This document shows positions 38,751 to 52,123 of a DNA stretch of 64,000 nt, piece after piece. The stretch is taken from positions 42,336,302 to 42,400,301 of the forward strand of contig JARDVH010000121.1 in NCBI GenBank assembly GCA_030324005.1, read 5' to 3'. The stretch's first letter is position 1. Every line of letters starts with the position of its first letter. A program made the translations under genes and the position numbers. This stretch comes from Negaprion brevirostris (lineage: Eukaryota). The notes beneath the pieces are model-generated. The model was not told the origin of the DNA, did no database searches, and worked only from the letters and a program-made list of their open reading frames with translations.

Positions 38751-39747
38751 TAAAAAGATGCTTTCTAAAGAAGCCAATATTATTGTTTTTTTCAAGGTGA
38801 TCATTGGATGTATTGCAGGCTTGAAAATTCCATTTCACTTCACTGAATAAAAATGTTGGAGGTTTCTGGCGGTGAATTCAAGTAATAGCAGGTTTCTGCC
38901 TTTCCAGTTAAAAACTGTGGGTAAGTCACAGTAGTCAAAGCTACAATCCACAGGTACAAGAAAGCTCCATTTCTTTGTCTAGGGTGACTTTTTCAAGGCA
39001 GGGTCCTTTCTTTTTTCTGGGTGGCATCTCTATTCTGTGGCTCTTGTCCCGGACTGACTTGTCCTGGCCTGTGCTTGGAATAATCAAGTATCTGGGATCT
39101 CAAGCCAGTTTTGATCATGTGAACATGGGATCAAAACTGCCATTATCTACATAAATGATTTGATGTCATAAGCCATCACGCACAATGGGTAATGAACAGT
39201 GGCTGTTTGCACTTGTTTGTGAGAAAATGATGCCTTCAACCCCTCTTTGTTAGATTTCATGTTTTCAGACCAAGTCTGGGGGAACCATTAAATCTGAGTT
39301 TCTTAAATATTTAGGCAATTTTAAGTGTAAATTCCACAATGATCTTGTAACCTGATGCCTCCTCAAGCAAGGTCCTCCATGAGGACATTTACATTTTAAT
39401 GACTTTCCAGGGCATGTTCAAACATAAGTTAATCCTTGTCTGTATAGAGACCACAAGAAGTCTCATGACCCTCTGGAGTCCATTTTGTTGAGAGAATGTG
39501 TCTATATTCTATATTGCTTTTTAAAAGTAGAAGTACATCTTCCTAATAAACTTTATGATAATATGATGCAACAATGACATTTGATTTTGTTTTGGTGAGT
39601 TGGTGCATTCATTCATGGAGGACAGAGGATTTGGTCAGCTGTACACAATAAGTCTGTAAAAGTTATGAGGACTGTAGTTGCAGTGCCTCTGGCTCTACAA
39701 CAGAACCAACTGGTGGAGTGGACACTACAGAAAGATGAGAAAGAAAC

Positions 39748-40015
39748 AGAAAAAAAGCTTACATTTGTATCATGACATCCACAACCATAAGACATGCAAA
39801 AGTGCTTTACGGCCAATGAAATACTGTTGTAGGAAATGTGACAGCAAGTTCCCACAACAGCAGTGTGTTAATGACAAAGTAAAATGTTTTGGTGATGATG
39901 ATTGAGGGATCAATATTAGCCAAGAAAGTCTTCTTTGAAAGAATACTATGGGATTTTTTAATGTCCACCTGAGAGGACAGATGAGTCCTTGTTTAATATC
40001 TCAAAGAAGGGCAGC
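39748..40015 (-). mobile_element. Deu-domain (SacSINE1-like) SINE
   Basis: gtgctttacggccaatgaa...gattgagggatcaatattagcca...atgggattttttaatgtccacctgagagg is the reverse complement of the Deu domain and tail. Confidence 0.7.
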
Positions 40016-40094
40016 ACAGAATTCCCATAAAGGTCACAGTTGCATTAAAATTCTACATGATTCTAGTGAAAATCACCCAGTATGCTTCTGAGAC

Positions 40095-40620
40095 ATGTTT
40101 GAGGCCTTATATGTAAAGAGAGGAGATTTCATTATGCCCTCTCCATCCAGGGACTGGCAACAGGCAAGTGGATTTGTCAGGACTGTGGGATTCTCAATGG
40201 TACAGGGAACCATTAACTACACACATATGGTTCTGCAGGCTGCCTATGTCACTGAGAAGAGATACAGGGCCTGCAAGGGCAACCATCCTATCAACATGCA
40301 ATTGGTGTGCAACCACCATATTGGTCACTTCCCATGATCTTGGCAGCAGCCATGATGTCTACATCTAAAGACAGTCTGCTGCTAACATCATCTTCAGGCC
40401 TCCAAGAAGACCCAGAGGAAGGCTGCTTGGAGACATATGTTACTCCCTCTGCACCTGATTGATGACCCCCTCCAACATCCATCCTTATGAGGACAATGAG
40501 TGAATAATGAAAGCCGTACAGTCAGCAAAAGCATTGTGGAGCAGACCATTGAGCTGCTAAAACAATGATACCACTGAGGCAAGTGGGTGTCCTCCGCAAC
40601 CTTGTCATCATGAGGTTGCA
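40095..40620 (+). pseudogene. Decayed PIF/Harbinger (HARBI1-like) DDE transposase
   Basis: GFVRTVGFSMVQGTINYTHMVLQA...YRACKGNHPINMQLVCNH, GSSHDVYI (40342), LLGDICY (40423) and IVEQTIELLKQ (40533) follow the family order GAIDCTH / NRKGFHS.NVQ.VCD / PGS.HD / LLGDSGY / VE.TIG.LK. Frameshifts and stops present. Confidence 0.85.
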
Positions 40621-40789
40621 GCCATTGCCTCTCAACATTTAGGCATTAGCTCTGGAAGAGAGGGAGAGACAGGGAGTATCGCGAACTCCAATCTAAAATA
40701 GGTGCAGATACATTTTTAGCCCACAATTATTCTTGGCGCTGTTTAGGTGCAAACTTTATTCAATATGTTTTTAGTATAATCCGTGTATG

Positions 40790-41769
40790 TTTAATTAATA
40801 ATCAAAAATACTAATGGTATATTAAATTTTATTACTAAAGAGGTTGCATACAAAGAGACAATTTGCTACAGCAAGGCAAAGCATCGATTAGACCTCCTCT
40901 GAAGTCCTGCGTACAGCTCCAGGCATCTCCTCTTAGAAATTTAAATTAGGAGTACAGTGTGGATTCACTAGAATGTCAACAAGGCTCCAGGGGTTAGATT
41001 ATGAGGAGAGACTACAAACATAGCTTGTATTTCCTGGAACCTTGTAGACAACTTGAATGAGATATTTAGGATTATGAAAAGAATTGATAGGGCAGATAGA
41101 GAGATATATTTTCCACAGGTGAGGGAATCTAGGACAAGGTGTCAGAACCTTGTCAAGTAATAAAGAAAGGGAATGGAATGTTAGCATTTATAGCTAAAGG
41201 AATAGAATATAAAGGTAAGGAAGTATTGTTGCAACTATACAAGGCATTGGTGAGACTGTCCCTGGAGTATTGTGCACTATTTTGGTCGCCTTACTTCAGG
41301 AAAGATGTAGTGGCATTGAAGGTAGTTCAGAGGGGGTTCACTAGGTTGATTCCAGAGATGAAGGGTTTGTCATTTGAAGAGAGATTGAACAGTTTAGGCC
41401 TATACTATCTGGAATTTAGAAGAATGAGGAGAGATAAAATTGAGGTAAAAAAGATGATAAAAGGTATGGATAAAATAGACATGGAGCAGATGCTTCTTCT
41501 TGTGTGGCATTCTAGGATGAGAGGTCATTGTCTTAGGATAAGGGATAGCAAATTTAAAACAGAGTTGAGGAGAAACTACTCCTCCCAAAGGTTGCGAATC
41601 TGTGGAATTCGCTACCCCAAAGTGCGGTGGATGTTGGGACAGTGAGTAAATTTAAGGAGGAGTTAGACAGATTGTTAATTGGTAATGGGTTGAAGGGTTA
41701 TGGGGAGGAGGCAGGAAAATGGGGATGAGGAGCATATCAGCCAAGATCGACTGGTGCAGCAGACTGGAT
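40790..41769 (+). mobile_element. Two tandem CR1 fragments (old to about 41150, younger 41150-41769)
   Basis: KKGNGMLAFIAKGIEYKGKEVLLQLYKALVRLSLEYCALFWSPYFRKD...KVVQRGFTRLIP. Confidence 0.93.
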
Positions 41770-41915
41770 NNNNNNNNNNNNNNNNNNNNNNNNNNNNNNN
41801 NNNNNNNNNNNNNNNNNNNNNNNNNNNNNNNNNNNNNNNNNNNNNNNNNNNNNNNNNNNNNNNNNNNNNNNNNNNNNNNNNNNNNNNNNNNNNNNNNNNN
41901 NNNNNNNNNNNNNNN

Positions 41916-42411
41916 ATGAAGTGAAAATGGTCAAGAGCTTCAAGTTTTTAGATGTTCAGATCACCAATAACTTATCCTGGTCCCTCCACATGGACCTATA
42001 GTTAAGAAAACCCACTAAAGCCTCTACTTTCTCAAGAGATCAAGGAAATTTGGCATATCTGCTCGTACTCTCACCAATTTTTACAGATGCACAATAAAAA
42101 GCAACCTTTCTGGTTGTGTTAGAGCTTGGTACGGTTACTACTCTGTGCAAGACTGCAAGAAATTCCAAAAGGTCGTGAACAAAAGCCAGACCATCACGCA
42201 AACCAGCCTCCCATGTGAGGTCACGTACCAACTGACTCAAGAACAGTTTCTTTCCTGCTGCCATCAGACTTTTGAATCTTCCTACCTTATATTAAGTTGA
42301 TCTTTCTCTACACCCTAGCTATGGTTGTAACACTACATTCTGCACCCTCTTGTTTCCTTCTCTATGTAAGGCATGCTTTGTTTGTATAGCACACAAGCAA
42401 CAATGCTTTTC
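41916..42411 (+). mobile_element. Rex1/Babar LINE 3' fragment
   Basis: EVKMVKSFKFLDVQITNNLSWSLH...LYFLKRSRKFG...TLTNFYRCTIKSNLSGCVRAWYG...KNSFFPAAIRLLN. Confidence 0.9.
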
Positions 42412-42524
42412 NNNNNNNNNNATGGGAGAAATGTGGAACTTGTTCCCACAAAAAGGAGTGAAAGTCAGGTCAGTTAATTATTTTGAATCTGAGATCAATA
42501 AATTTTTGCTAGACAATGATTTAA

Positions 42525-43160
42525 GAACATGAGAAATAGGAGCAGGAGTGGGCCATCCAGCCCTTCAAGCCTGCCCCGCCATTCAACAAGATCATGGCTG
42601 ATCTGAAGTGGATCAGTTCCACTTTCCCGCTTTTTCCCCATAAGCCTTAATTCCCTTGTCTATCAGAAATCTATCTACCCGTGACTTAAATATATTCAGC
42701 GAGGTAGCCTTCACCACTTCAATNNNNNNNNNNNNNNNNNNNNNNNNNNNNNNNNNNNNNNNNNNNNNNNNNNNNNNNNNNNNNNNNNNNNNNNNNNNNN
42801 NNNNNNNNNNNNNNNNNNNNNNNNNNNNNNNNNNNNNNNNNNNNNNNNNNNNNNNNNNNNNNNNNNNNNNNNNNNNNNNNNNNNNNNNNNNNNNNNNNNN
42901 NNNNNNNNNNNNNNNNNNNNNNNNNNNNNNNNNNNNNNNNNNNNNNNNNNNNNNNNNNNNNNNNNNNNNNNNNNNNNNNNNNNNNNNNNNNNNNNNNNNN
43001 NNNNNNNNNNNNNNNNNNNNNNNNNNNNNNNNNNNNNNNNNNNNNNNNNNNNNNNNNNNNNNNNNNNNNNNNNNNNNNNNNNNNNNNNNNNNNNNNNTGC
43101 TGCAGCTTTTCACCTTTTAAATAATAATCCCTCCTACTATTATTTCTACCAAAGTGGATG
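42525..43160 (-). mobile_element. CR1 LINE (mostly gap)
   Basis: EVVKATSLNIFKSRVDRFLIDKGIKAYGEKAGKW with a CR1 tail at 42525-42600. Confidence 0.85.
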
Positions 43161-43296
43161 CCAAAGTGGATTTGAAAGCATTTGGAGACCAAGTAAGTGG
43201 ATGGATCTCATTGAATGGTGGAACAGGTTTGAGGCACTGAATGGTCCACTCCTCTGCCCTTGTACTATATCTAAATTAAATTCGAAAGTACTTAAA

Positions 43297-43422
43297 GGCC
43301 GTAATTTTACTGACATGCCAGCCCTGATTCCGGGGATGGGATTGGCCTGGAGAATGGCATTCTCTTTGGCCTCAGGCGGGATCGTGCGAAACTTGGGCAG
43401 ACATGTCTGTAAAATTCTACCC
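43297..43422. mobile_element. 126-bp MITE (family B)
   Basis: Colinear with 3775-3901; flanked by aaa on both sides. Confidence 0.8.
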
Positions 43423-44545
43423 AAAGTATAAAGATAATAAAAGTGGCTCCATCGTACCTTAAATATCTCATTATAGCCAGAAAGATTGTAATCTCGTCAT
43501 TTTAGAATAATGAATATTGGAATGTCTTATTTTTTAGCTAATAAAACTAGTGTTAATTACTAAACTTCTAAATGTTTACACATTTTCTATGCATCAGTAT
43601 TTTCTGCATTTTCTTTTGCCAGATATGAGAACTAGCTAAAAATTAAGAGCAGATAACATGGCTAGATTTTATATATTAATCAGGCAGTTTGCGAGTGATG
43701 GTACTCCACAGAATTATATGGTGCGGTGAACTTCAAAGTTCAAGCATTGCACCTTCTAAGTTTACTTACCCTGATTTATTCCATAAATTACCAGGAAGAC
43801 TGAAAGCTCTCTGAAGGCTATTGTTACATGCTTTGCTTTTACATAATATCCTTGGGATTTAAAACTTCATAGCGCCATGTGACAAGTTAGACAGTTTGAA
43901 ATAAGCACTGTCTTCTTTGTTTTTTTTTAGATTTTTAGTTATCAGTAACACGGTTGCAGAATTTTGAATCAAGTAAGGCTCCCCCAAGGTATTCCTCAGG
44001 GTATGTTTGAANNNNNNNNNNNNNNNNNNAAGTGCGCACCATGTAATGTGCAACTTTTAAGGTGTGCTTAATGTGGCAATCTCTTCAAGGTCACAAAGTT
44101 TAATTGTTGTAAATAAACACATCCTGGAGTCAAATGGAGATTAATTACTGCTGCTGAAGAAAGTTTGTGGGTGGCAGCTGCTTGTAAATCTTAGGTTCCA
44201 GGTCAAAAGAAAACAACCAGAAATGGCTGCATCAGAACTGGAGCAGGAATAAGCCTCAAGATTGCTCAGTCATTCATGGCTGTTCTGTATCTCAACTCCA
44301 TTTACCTATCACTGCTCCATATCCCTTGATACCATTTGATTTTAAAAAATCTGCCAATCTGAGTCTTGGAATGTTAAATTGGCCCAACATCCATAGCCTT
44401 TTGGGGGAGGAGTTTTCTTCATTATTCATGTGGAAAGAATATCACTGCATATTACATTTAGAGGCATTTTATTTTATATGATAAAAATTTAAGTTACATC
44501 AATAATCAACACTTGTTCCCCATACTAATTTAATAAATGGTAATT

Positions 44546-45593
44546 GGGCTAATTTGCCCCAGTTTAAACAAAGGGCATCAAAACCCATTGTAGTTTCGAC
44601 TGCNNNNNNNNNNNNNNNNNNNNNNNNNNNNNNNNNNNNNNNNNNNNNNNNNNNNNNNNNNNNNNNNNNNNNNNNNNNNNNNNNNNNNNNNNNNNNNNNN
44701 NNNNNNNNNNNNNNNNNNNNNNNNNNNNNNNNNNNNNNNNNNNNNNNNNNNNNNNNNNNNNNNNNNNNNNNNNNNNNNNNNNNNNNNNNNNNNNNNNNNN
44801 NNNNNNNNNNNNNNNNNNNNNNNNNNNNNNNNNNNNNNNNNNNNNNNNNNNNNNNNGGTGGAGCTTAACGTGCCAAAAACCCTGCAGAGGGAGGTAGTTT
44901 GCGTGTGCAGGCCTTTGATGCTACACATGCGCATTAGCAGTAGCAAGGGTCTGACAGAAAAGAGAGAGCTGTCAGGTCCCTGCTAGTGCAGGCTGTCTGA
45001 AGCAGTTCACTGCGCTGCAATCACAGGGGCCCGAGATATAGGTCTTGCCAACCCCACCCGCTGCCCAGACTGATCGTAGACCCTCCCTCTCCCCACCGAT
45101 TGCTGCAGAGANNNNNNNNNNAGAGGCCCTGTCCCCACTGGCCCCAGCCCCACTGTCCTGGCCCCCACTGGCCCAGGGTAGCACTGCCAGTCTGTCACTG
45201 CCCAAGGGGCAACTCTCTTGCTCACAGCCTCCCCGAGGGGCCTCAATGGCGTCTGGTTCCACCACTGAGGCTAAGTCGACTGCTCCCTGTTCCTGGGGAG
45301 CCCGTCTATTCCTTGCCAGTGTGAATCTTTCCCAGTGGAGTCATAAAGGGAGCGGGCTCGGAGATTGAGCACCAGGCTCGCTCAGCAGATGTAAAACAGC
45401 ATTATAATACACTTCCACATGTTAACCTACCTTCCGCCCATTTCCAGTGAGAGGCTAACAATGCCGGAAATGCAGTTCTCGTAAAATGGCGCCAGTCATG
45501 AAAACTGGCATCAACTGCGATAAGCGGTTTATGCCTGACTTTACCACCGCGTCGTGCCTGAAAACGAGTGCAATGCAATGGTAAAATCATCCC
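44546..45593. mobile_element. GC-rich non-autonomous TIR-type element with gaps
   Basis: Ends gggctaatttgcccc / atggtaaaatcatccc; 44900-44975 is reverse-complement similar to 13325-13400. Confidence 0.55.
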
Positions 45594-45799
45594 TCCCCAT
45601 GTTTCAGGGAGATTTTACATAGTCTACAAGTGACTCGAGATCAGCAGTATAGTTTTGTTAAAGCAATTCAATTGCACCATCCACAAGACACCCTAAAAAG
45701 TATTTGGTATTCAGGATACATATATTCTCTGTCCAGCTGTGTTGAAGCCTCTCAGTCATCTGACGCAGTTAGATCATGATTTAGTTTTAGCGAAACTAG

Positions 45800-46878
45800 A
45801 ACCATAGAAACCTACAGTGCAGAAGGAAGCCATCTGGTCCATCAAATCTGCACTGACCACAATCCCACTCAGACCTTATTGCCATAACTCCATGCATTTA
45901 CGCAGCTGTCCAGCTGACACTAAGGGCAATTTACCGTAGAGTCATAGAGGTTTACAGCATGGAAACAGGCCCTTCGGCCCAACTTGTCCATGCCACCCTT
46001 TTTTTAAAACCCGTAAACTAATCCCAATTGCCCACATTTGGCCCATATCCATCTATACCCATCTTACCCATATAACTAACTAAATGCTTTTTAAAAGATA
46101 AAATTGTACCCGCCTCTACTACTACCTCTGGCAGCTTGTTCTAGACACTCATCACCCTTTGTGTGAAAAAATTGCCCCTCTGGAAACTTTTGTATCTCTC
46201 CCCCTCATCTTAAACCTATGCCCTCTAGTTTTAGACTTCCCTACCTTTGAGAAAAGATATTGACTATCTATCTGATGTATGTCCCTGATTATTTTATAAA
46301 CCTCTATATGATCATCCCTCAGCCTCCTATGCTCCAGAGAGAAAAGCCCCAGTTTATTCAGCCTCTCCTTATAACTCAATCCATCAAGTCCCGATAGCAT
46401 CCTAGTAAATCTTTTCTGCACTCCTTCTAGTTTAATAATATTCTTTATATAATAGGGTGACCAGAATTGCACAGTATACCAAGTGTTGCCTTATCAATGT
46501 TTTGTACAACTTCAACAAAACATTCCAACTCCTTATTCAATGTACTGACCAATGAAACNNNNNNNNNNNNNNNNNNNNNNNNNNNNNNNNNNNNNNNNNN
46601 NNNNNNNNNNNNNNNNNNNCTTTACCCCTAGATCTCTTTGTTCTGTAACTCTCCCCAAAGCCCTACTATTAACTGAGTAAGTCCTGCCCTGGTTCAATCT
46701 ACCAAATCTATGGCCAGAACACCTGACCTGCACATCTTTGGACTGTGGGAGGAAACCGGGGCACCCAGGCAGACACGGGGGAATATGCAAACTCCACACA
46801 GACAGTGACCCAAGCTGGGAATCGAACCGAGTCCCTGACATTGTGAGGCAGCGTTGCTAAACACTATGCCACGCTGCC
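45800..46878 (-). mobile_element. V-SINE split by a CR1 insertion
   Basis: SINE tail at 45800-45937 and head/V-domain at 46709-46878. Confidence 0.85.
45938..46708 (-). mobile_element. HER1/CR1 LINE 3' fragment nested in the V-SINE
   Basis: QFWSPYYIKNIIKLEGVQKRFTRMLSGLDGLSYKERLNKLGLFSLEHRRLR...KTRGHRFK. Confidence 0.93.
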
Positions 46879-48044
46879 TATCTCCAGTCACTTGTAGGCT
46901 AAAGTTGGGATTTTCCTCCCCCTCCAGGGTGTTTTGTGGCAGTGGGAGGTGGCATGCCCCTCGCTGGCAGAGTGGGATCTTATAGTCCCGTCTTGTCAAT
47001 AAGTTTCCCATTGGATGTACCCCTCACTGCTGGGAAGCCATGACAGTGGTGAGCCATTGATGGCACCATAAGATCGTATCAGTATAAAAGGCAGCAAGAT
47101 TTCAGTATCAGTAAAGCATCTCTGAAACAACATTGAAACTGCACTTTAATGAAAGAAAAATTGCCAGAGACACAGAGGAATCTTGAATTGGTAGGGCAGG
47201 TTCTTTGCCCACTGCCTACTGGGCTGCAGTTCTGTGACTTTTGCACAAGTACCATCACATGCCATATTATGTTCAAGAGTGTTTGTGCCCATTTTCTCTC
47301 ATAAATTCACTGAAAGCACAAATTTAATGAAAGGATTGTTTGTTACACTTTGGCACCTTCTCCAAATTTTGGAAATGTTTAATATTTCCCAGGTAATTTT
47401 GGAAACCCAAGTTTAGTTTAGATGCGCCTCAATATGTTTCATTTCTGAAACAAATGATCAAGCACCAGGACATATCAACCAATCTTGGCATGCCTGGCTG
47501 CCAGTGATCAAAGACAATTGCCTCAGCTGACTCAAAGTTGGCATGCAGCCAGTTGTGGCGCATGTAGCCATCTGTAGCACAGACACCTGCAGCTAAGTTG
47601 GAACATACAATTGCAATGGGCGTTAGTTAGTAAGGTCACCCACTGCCTTCGACTATATGCCTGTGGTTCACTCACAGCCAGTGCAGTTATATATACAAAT
47701 ATTATATTGAAACATTGTTCAGAACTTTCATATTCTTTCCTACTGGAGTATGTCACCATACTGCTGTATTTCCCCAAATAGAAGAGGTAACTAAAATGTA
47801 ACAGGTTGATGGACAACAGTCTGCTACATGCAATATTGGTTCCTCTACCTACTTGGTGCCATTTGTTAGCTGCACCTTGACAGATTTTATAAAGCATGCC
47901 ATCCTACATTCCTATATGGTTGCTACTTTCTACAGATAATGCACATCATTTTGAGTCTGGTTGCTACCTCCTGCCAGGCATGTCACATTAGCACCTTGAA
48001 AGGTGGACAGGTTCAGTGCCAAGCAGGACAAATCCTCCTTACAT

Positions 48045-48318
48045 TGATTTGAATTGATTTATTATTGTCACATGTACTGGTATGCAGTGAAAAGTATTGT
48101 TTCTTGCACACTATACAGACAAAGCATACCATCTATATGGGTAAGGAAAGAAGAGAGTGCAGAATGGAATGTTACAATCATAGCTAGGGTGTAGAGAAAG
48201 ATCAACTTAATGCAAGGTTGGTCCATTCAAAAGTCTATTGGCAGCAGGGAAGAAGCTGTTTTTGAGTTAGTTGGTACATGACCTCAGACTTTGTATCTTT
48301 TTCCCAATGGAAGAAGAT
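48045..48318 (-). mobile_element. Rex1/Babar LINE 3' end
   Basis: Minus strand LKNSFFPAANRLLN followed by a UTR ending tacatgtgacaataataaatcaattcaaatcaat. Confidence 0.85.
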
Positions 48319-48862
48319 NNNNNNNNNNNNNNNNNNNNNNNNNNNNNNNNNNNNNNNNNNNNNNNNNNNNNNNNNNNNNNNNNNNNNNNNNNNNNNNNNN
48401 NNNNNNNNNNNNNNNNNNNNNNNNNNNNNNNNNNNNNNNNNNNNNNNNNNNNNNNNNNNNNNNNNNNNNNNNNNNNNNNNNNNNNNNNNNNNNNNNNNNN
48501 NNNNNNNNNNNNNNNNNNNNNNNNNNNNNNNNNNNNNNNNNNNNNNNNNNNNNNNNNNNNNNNNNNNNNNNNNNNNNNNNNNNNNNNNNNNNNNNNNNNN
48601 NNNNNNNNNNNNNNNNNNNNNNNNNNNNNNNNNNNNNNNNNNNNNNNNNNNNNNNNNNNNNNNNNNNNNNNNNNNNNNNNNNNNNNNNNNNNNNNNNNNN
48701 NNNNNNNNNNNNNNNNNNNNNNNNNNNNNNNNNNNNNNNNNNNNNNNNNNNNNNNNNNNNNNNNNNNNNNNNNNNNNNNNNNNNNNNNNNNNNNNNNNNN
48801 NNNNNNNNNNNNNNNNNNNNNNNNNNNNNNNNNNNNNNNNNNNNNNNNNNNNNNNNNNNNNN

Positions 48863-49400
48863 TTATGAGTGGAAACATTTTCTCCCTGTCTACTCTGTCC
48901 AACCCCCTCATAATTTTGAACATTGAGTCATAGAGGTTTACAGCATGGAACCAGGCCCTTCTGCCCAACTTGTCCATGCTACCCAGTTTTTAACATTAAG
49001 CAATTGCCTGCGTTAGGCCCATATCCATCTATACCAATTTTACTCATGTAAAACATCTCTATCAAATCTTCTCTTAGCCTTCTTCTCTCCAAAGAGTTTA
49101 GTCCCAGTTCCTCCAATTGATCCTCATAAGTGAAGTTTCTCATCCCCAGAAGCGTTTTTGTAAACCTCTTCTGCACTTTCTCCACTGCTTTTTATAGTGT
49201 GGCACCCAGAATCATACACAACATTCCAGCTGAGATCTAGCTAGTGCCTTGTATAAGTTCAGCATTACCTCCTTGCTCTTGTATTCTATGCTACTATTAG
49301 CAAAGCCCAGAACACCAAATGCTTTATTAATTGCTCTCTCTGCCTGTCCTGCCACCTTCAATGATTTATGCGCATATACACCCAGGTTTCCCTGCTCCTG
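48863..49400 (-). mobile_element. CR1 LINE fragment with a younger CR1 tail nested at about 48925-49050
   Basis: LKVAGQAERAINKAFGVLGF...EYKSKEVMLNLYKALARSQLECCV and EKVQKRFTK...SLERRRLREDLIE. Confidence 0.88.
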
Positions 49401-49516
49401 TAGAATGAAGTGTATCTGAGTTTCTAACAGTCTGCCAAATTCAAAATTGCTGCTGGTTAGTCTCACTGTTCTTGAAAAGAAGTATTTTTTTGGAATTCCA
49501 GGTTTCTCCATTACAT

Positions 49517-49781
49517 TGTAATGACTTCAGAGATGACTCATTGTGGCTTCAAGTTACAAAAGCTTTATTACCAACAATATGTATATATATACAATCAAGG
49601 GTCTGACAGAACTGTACCACACCCCTACTCTCTTTTCCTCCCTGGCTCCAACTGAGGTTCCTTCCCAACCTCTGACCTAGGCCCTTGCAGCTTGCCTTCA
49701 CATGCCACTTCCCCATAGGGTCTGACCTGATCATGTGGCCCTCAGGAATTGCCCCTCCCTTAAAGGGGTCATGCTACCACA
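49517..49781 (-). mobile_element. Probable solo LTR (Gypsy-type)
   Basis: TGTAAT...TACCACA termini, minus-strand AATAAA near 49564, 265 bp. TSD is poor (tacat/tttat). Confidence 0.5.
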
Positions 49782-50659
49782 TTTATGATACAAAATTTAA
49801 AATATATTTTAAAGGTTTGTATATTTATATTTGCATATTGTACTTATTTTACTCTATACCTTAAATCAACGTGTATGTCCTAAACATTTATTTTGCTGTT
49901 AATCAGTCGTGCAAAATTCAGTATATTTTGCCTCCTGCTTTGCTGTCAGTCAGGATACTAGCATCTGACTGCCTGCAAAGTCTGCATGATGATGTCACNN
50001 NNNNNNNNNNNNNNNNNNNNNNNNNNNNNNNNNNNNNNNNNNNNNNNNNNNNNNNNNNNNNNNNNNNNNNNNNNNNNNNNNNNNNNNNNNNNNNNNNNAT
50101 GATGATGTCACTGTTGCTGAGATGCCCAGAGATCCCATTGTCTTGAAAACAATAACACTGAAAACACTGTCTTGAAAACTGATATTGAGAAAGAGCAAAT
50201 CCATGTATAGAGATCGCTAGATCGTTGCCCGTTGCTTTTTTGAAGGTTAATGGCTAGCTTCATTGTTGATTGCAAAATATGGGCCACAGACCCCTGCAGT
50301 GTATTTTGAATTGACAGACAAATTGTATTTGGCTGACTGTCAGACTGATGGCTTTGCAGCTGGTAAAGTTGTACTTGATTATAATGAAGCAGAGTTTGTA
50401 TGTGTTGTCAACATGCATGCCGTTGTGAGTTTTAAAACCAATCGTCTTCAATGATTTGGGTATAAAAAAATCTATAGATTTGATATAACACCACAGAATT
50501 AATAAATGAAAAGTAGTAAACAGCACAAGTAATGCATGCTGACTTTGCCACTTCCTCTGATCCAGACTTCCTTAAAGTGGAATCTTGTGAATTTAACGCA
50601 AATCTAATACTTTATCTCACCCACAGGTCCTGTCTTCTACTTTTGAGTGTCTGAATTTC

Positions 50660-51552
50660 TGGGCTGATTCTTAGAGAGGTGGGGTGTGGACTGTTTGGGG
50701 GTGTGGACTGGGTTGAGGTTTGAGGGGGAGTTGGGGGTTGCTCGAACTCTGGAGGGAAAGCCAGCTGGAAGCTGACACACTCAGAAGAAGCCCGCCCCAT
50801 GACCATAACACACTTCTGGGTGGGCAAAAGTGGTTGAGAATAGGACTTCCACCTGTCAGTGGAAGGAAACCCCACTCTCAAGAGCTGCCTGCCAGTCTGA
50901 TTAGCCAAAATCCCCAGCAGTGCCAGAGCTTAACAGTGGGAAAGAAAGAGGTTGAACAAAGTGAATGGTTGCCCCTGAAAGATTGGTTCTGGACTGTTCA
51001 GGCAGGAGGGATCATAGAGCCCTGGGAGTGGGGGAAGTAGAGGCAGATGGCATAGAAGGAAAGGGGGGGTGATGACATCTCGGGGCTTGTGCCCCCAATG
51101 CACTGAGGTAATGAGGTGACTCATCCCTTCCTTCCTACATTTTTCATAAAGGCTACAAAATAATAGCCCGCCTTCTCCCACCCGCCTACCACCTCAGCTG
51201 TAATTTGGCATGGGCTGTGCATTGTCCAGTTCATTAGGCTTGCCACCAAGATAATAGATTTGTAATTATTTATTTACAAACATTCGGCAGGCTGCTGATT
51301 TCTGCACCCGCCCCCTTGAGTATTATGGGGGTCAGTTCAGGAATGGGCGGGAAGGTGGTGGGCTAATCAGCTGGCCTACTCTAAGTGCCCCCACTGCCCC
51401 GCAAAGAAAAATGGGAGAAAGTAAAATCCAGTTGCCTGCCTTTCTGTTTTTCTTTCTCACTGGTCCTCCTGCAGTGAAGGGAGCTGAGCAGTAAATTCTC
51501 CATCCTCGCTTGCAACAGCAATGGGACAGGAATGGCTGGAAAATTCTGGCCT
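50660..51552. mobile_element. GC-rich MITE-like remnants
   Basis: Starts gggctgattctt; ends gtaaaatccag and ggaaaattctggcc (family E-like). Confidence 0.4.
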
Positions 51553-51867
51553 ATCTCCCAACCACTATCTCTTGCTGTTGTGCTAGGGTTCTCCCTCTCA
51601 AATTTGTTTCTTTGTGTGACTATATCTCATTGTAACTGTCTTTAATTTTATCACTCCCACTTTCTTTCTCTTTGTCTCTCATACATTCACACACACTCTG
51701 TGGACTCTCTCTCTTGCCTTATGTTTCTCCCTCCCTGTCTAAAGGCAAAACATGATTCTATCACAGAAGGCTAGAAGCATAGCAATTGGTTGCTGGGAAA
51801 TTGCACAAGTGATGATTTATTAGCAATAATAAAGTTGGCATAAATCACTTGGATCCATGGATAGAAT

Positions 51868-52123
51868 TATAGAATCCCTACAATGCAGAAGGAGGCCATT
51901 CAGCCCATCAATCCTGCACCGACAACAATCCCACCCAGGTCCTATCCCTGCAGCTCCCATATTTATCTTACTTGTCCCCCTGATGCTAAGGGGCAATCCA
52001 CCTAACCCGTACATCTTTGGACTGTGGGGGGAATCCAGAGCACCCAGAGGAAACCCACACAGACACGGAGAGAACATGCAAACTTTCACAGACAGTGACC
52101 CAAGGTGGGAATTGAACCTGGGT
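51868..52123 (-). mobile_element. V-SINE (CR1-type tail), head truncated
   Basis: Reverse-complement copy lacking the first ~40 nt. Confidence 0.9.

Noticed and set aside
40095-40337. Possible host HARBI1 gene exon
   Set aside because: Catalytic Asp lost, frameshifts and stops, no splice structure; a transposon fossil rather than the domesticated gene.
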